Virus record (IMG/VR): IMGVR_UViG_3300045049_000286
Location: 1-64,000 of that record
Reading direction: 5' to 3' (one strand)
Source of the DNA: a virus
DNA length: 64,000 bases
A program made the position numbers and the translations under genes. Below, piece by piece: positions 63,908 to 64,000 of the stretch. The notes beneath the pieces were generated by a model, which worked only from the letters and a program-made list of their open reading frames with translations, did no database searches and was not told the origin of the DNA. How positions within the stretch are numbered: position 1 is the stretch's first letter; every line of letters starts with the position of its first letter.

Positions 63908-64000
63908 GCCGGCGGACTTCGTGGTGGAGACCTTCGAGGACGGCAGCCAGCGCACGCGGCTGGACCGGCTCACCGACGGTCGCGTGATGTGCTGCATCTG
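63900..64000 (+). CDS. Hypothetical protein (3' partial)
   Basis: ATG overlapping upstream gene end; open to window edge (MSEPADFVVETF..). Confidence 0.5.
   Translation, partial: MSEPADFVVETFEDGSQRTRLDRLTDGRVMCCI

Noticed and set aside
1-64000. Host chromosome flanks, rRNA, IS elements, reverse transcriptase, inteins, capsid or terminase genes
   Set aside because: None recognised; polymerase, helicase and RecA have normal lengths; head genes presumably lie outside the window

Overview
The whole window reads as part of a high-GC actinobacterial tailed phage genome. WhiB, Lsr2, an r1t-type holin and the GC content suggest a Streptomyces-like host, which is inference. From left to right: (1) 1-4.9 kb, the end of a tail/baseplate module with carbohydrate-binding repeats. 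(2) 5-23 kb, a + strand replication/recombination operon: HTH, candidate origin, DnaC-like loader, DnaB, primase, SNF2 helicase, SSB-like protein, family A polymerase, RecA, resolvase, WhiB, Cas4-like exonuclease and RuvC. (3) 23-33 kb, SpoVS, small basic/low-complexity proteins, an Fn3 protein, amidase and holin, a secreted transglycosylase, an HNH nuclease, a HAD-like protein and a TGT-fold protein. (4) 36-38 kb, a large serine integrase with an apparently intact 52-bp attP upstream, so the phage is temperate and probably seen in its excised or virion form. (5) 38.8-61.2 kb, a long - strand accessory arm with Lsr2, an Lsr2-like zinc-finger protein and about 50 small hypothetical genes. (6) 61.2-63 kb, a non-coding divergent control region. 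The most unusual signal is at the RNA level in the accessory arm: a roughly 400-nt highly base-paired leader before the first gene, two intergenic tRNA-like minihelices, and a family of long intergenic hairpins, which together suggest programmed transcript processing. All calls come from reading motifs by eye; no searches or folding programs were run. Many gene starts were refined from the ORF track using RBS or stop/start overlap.
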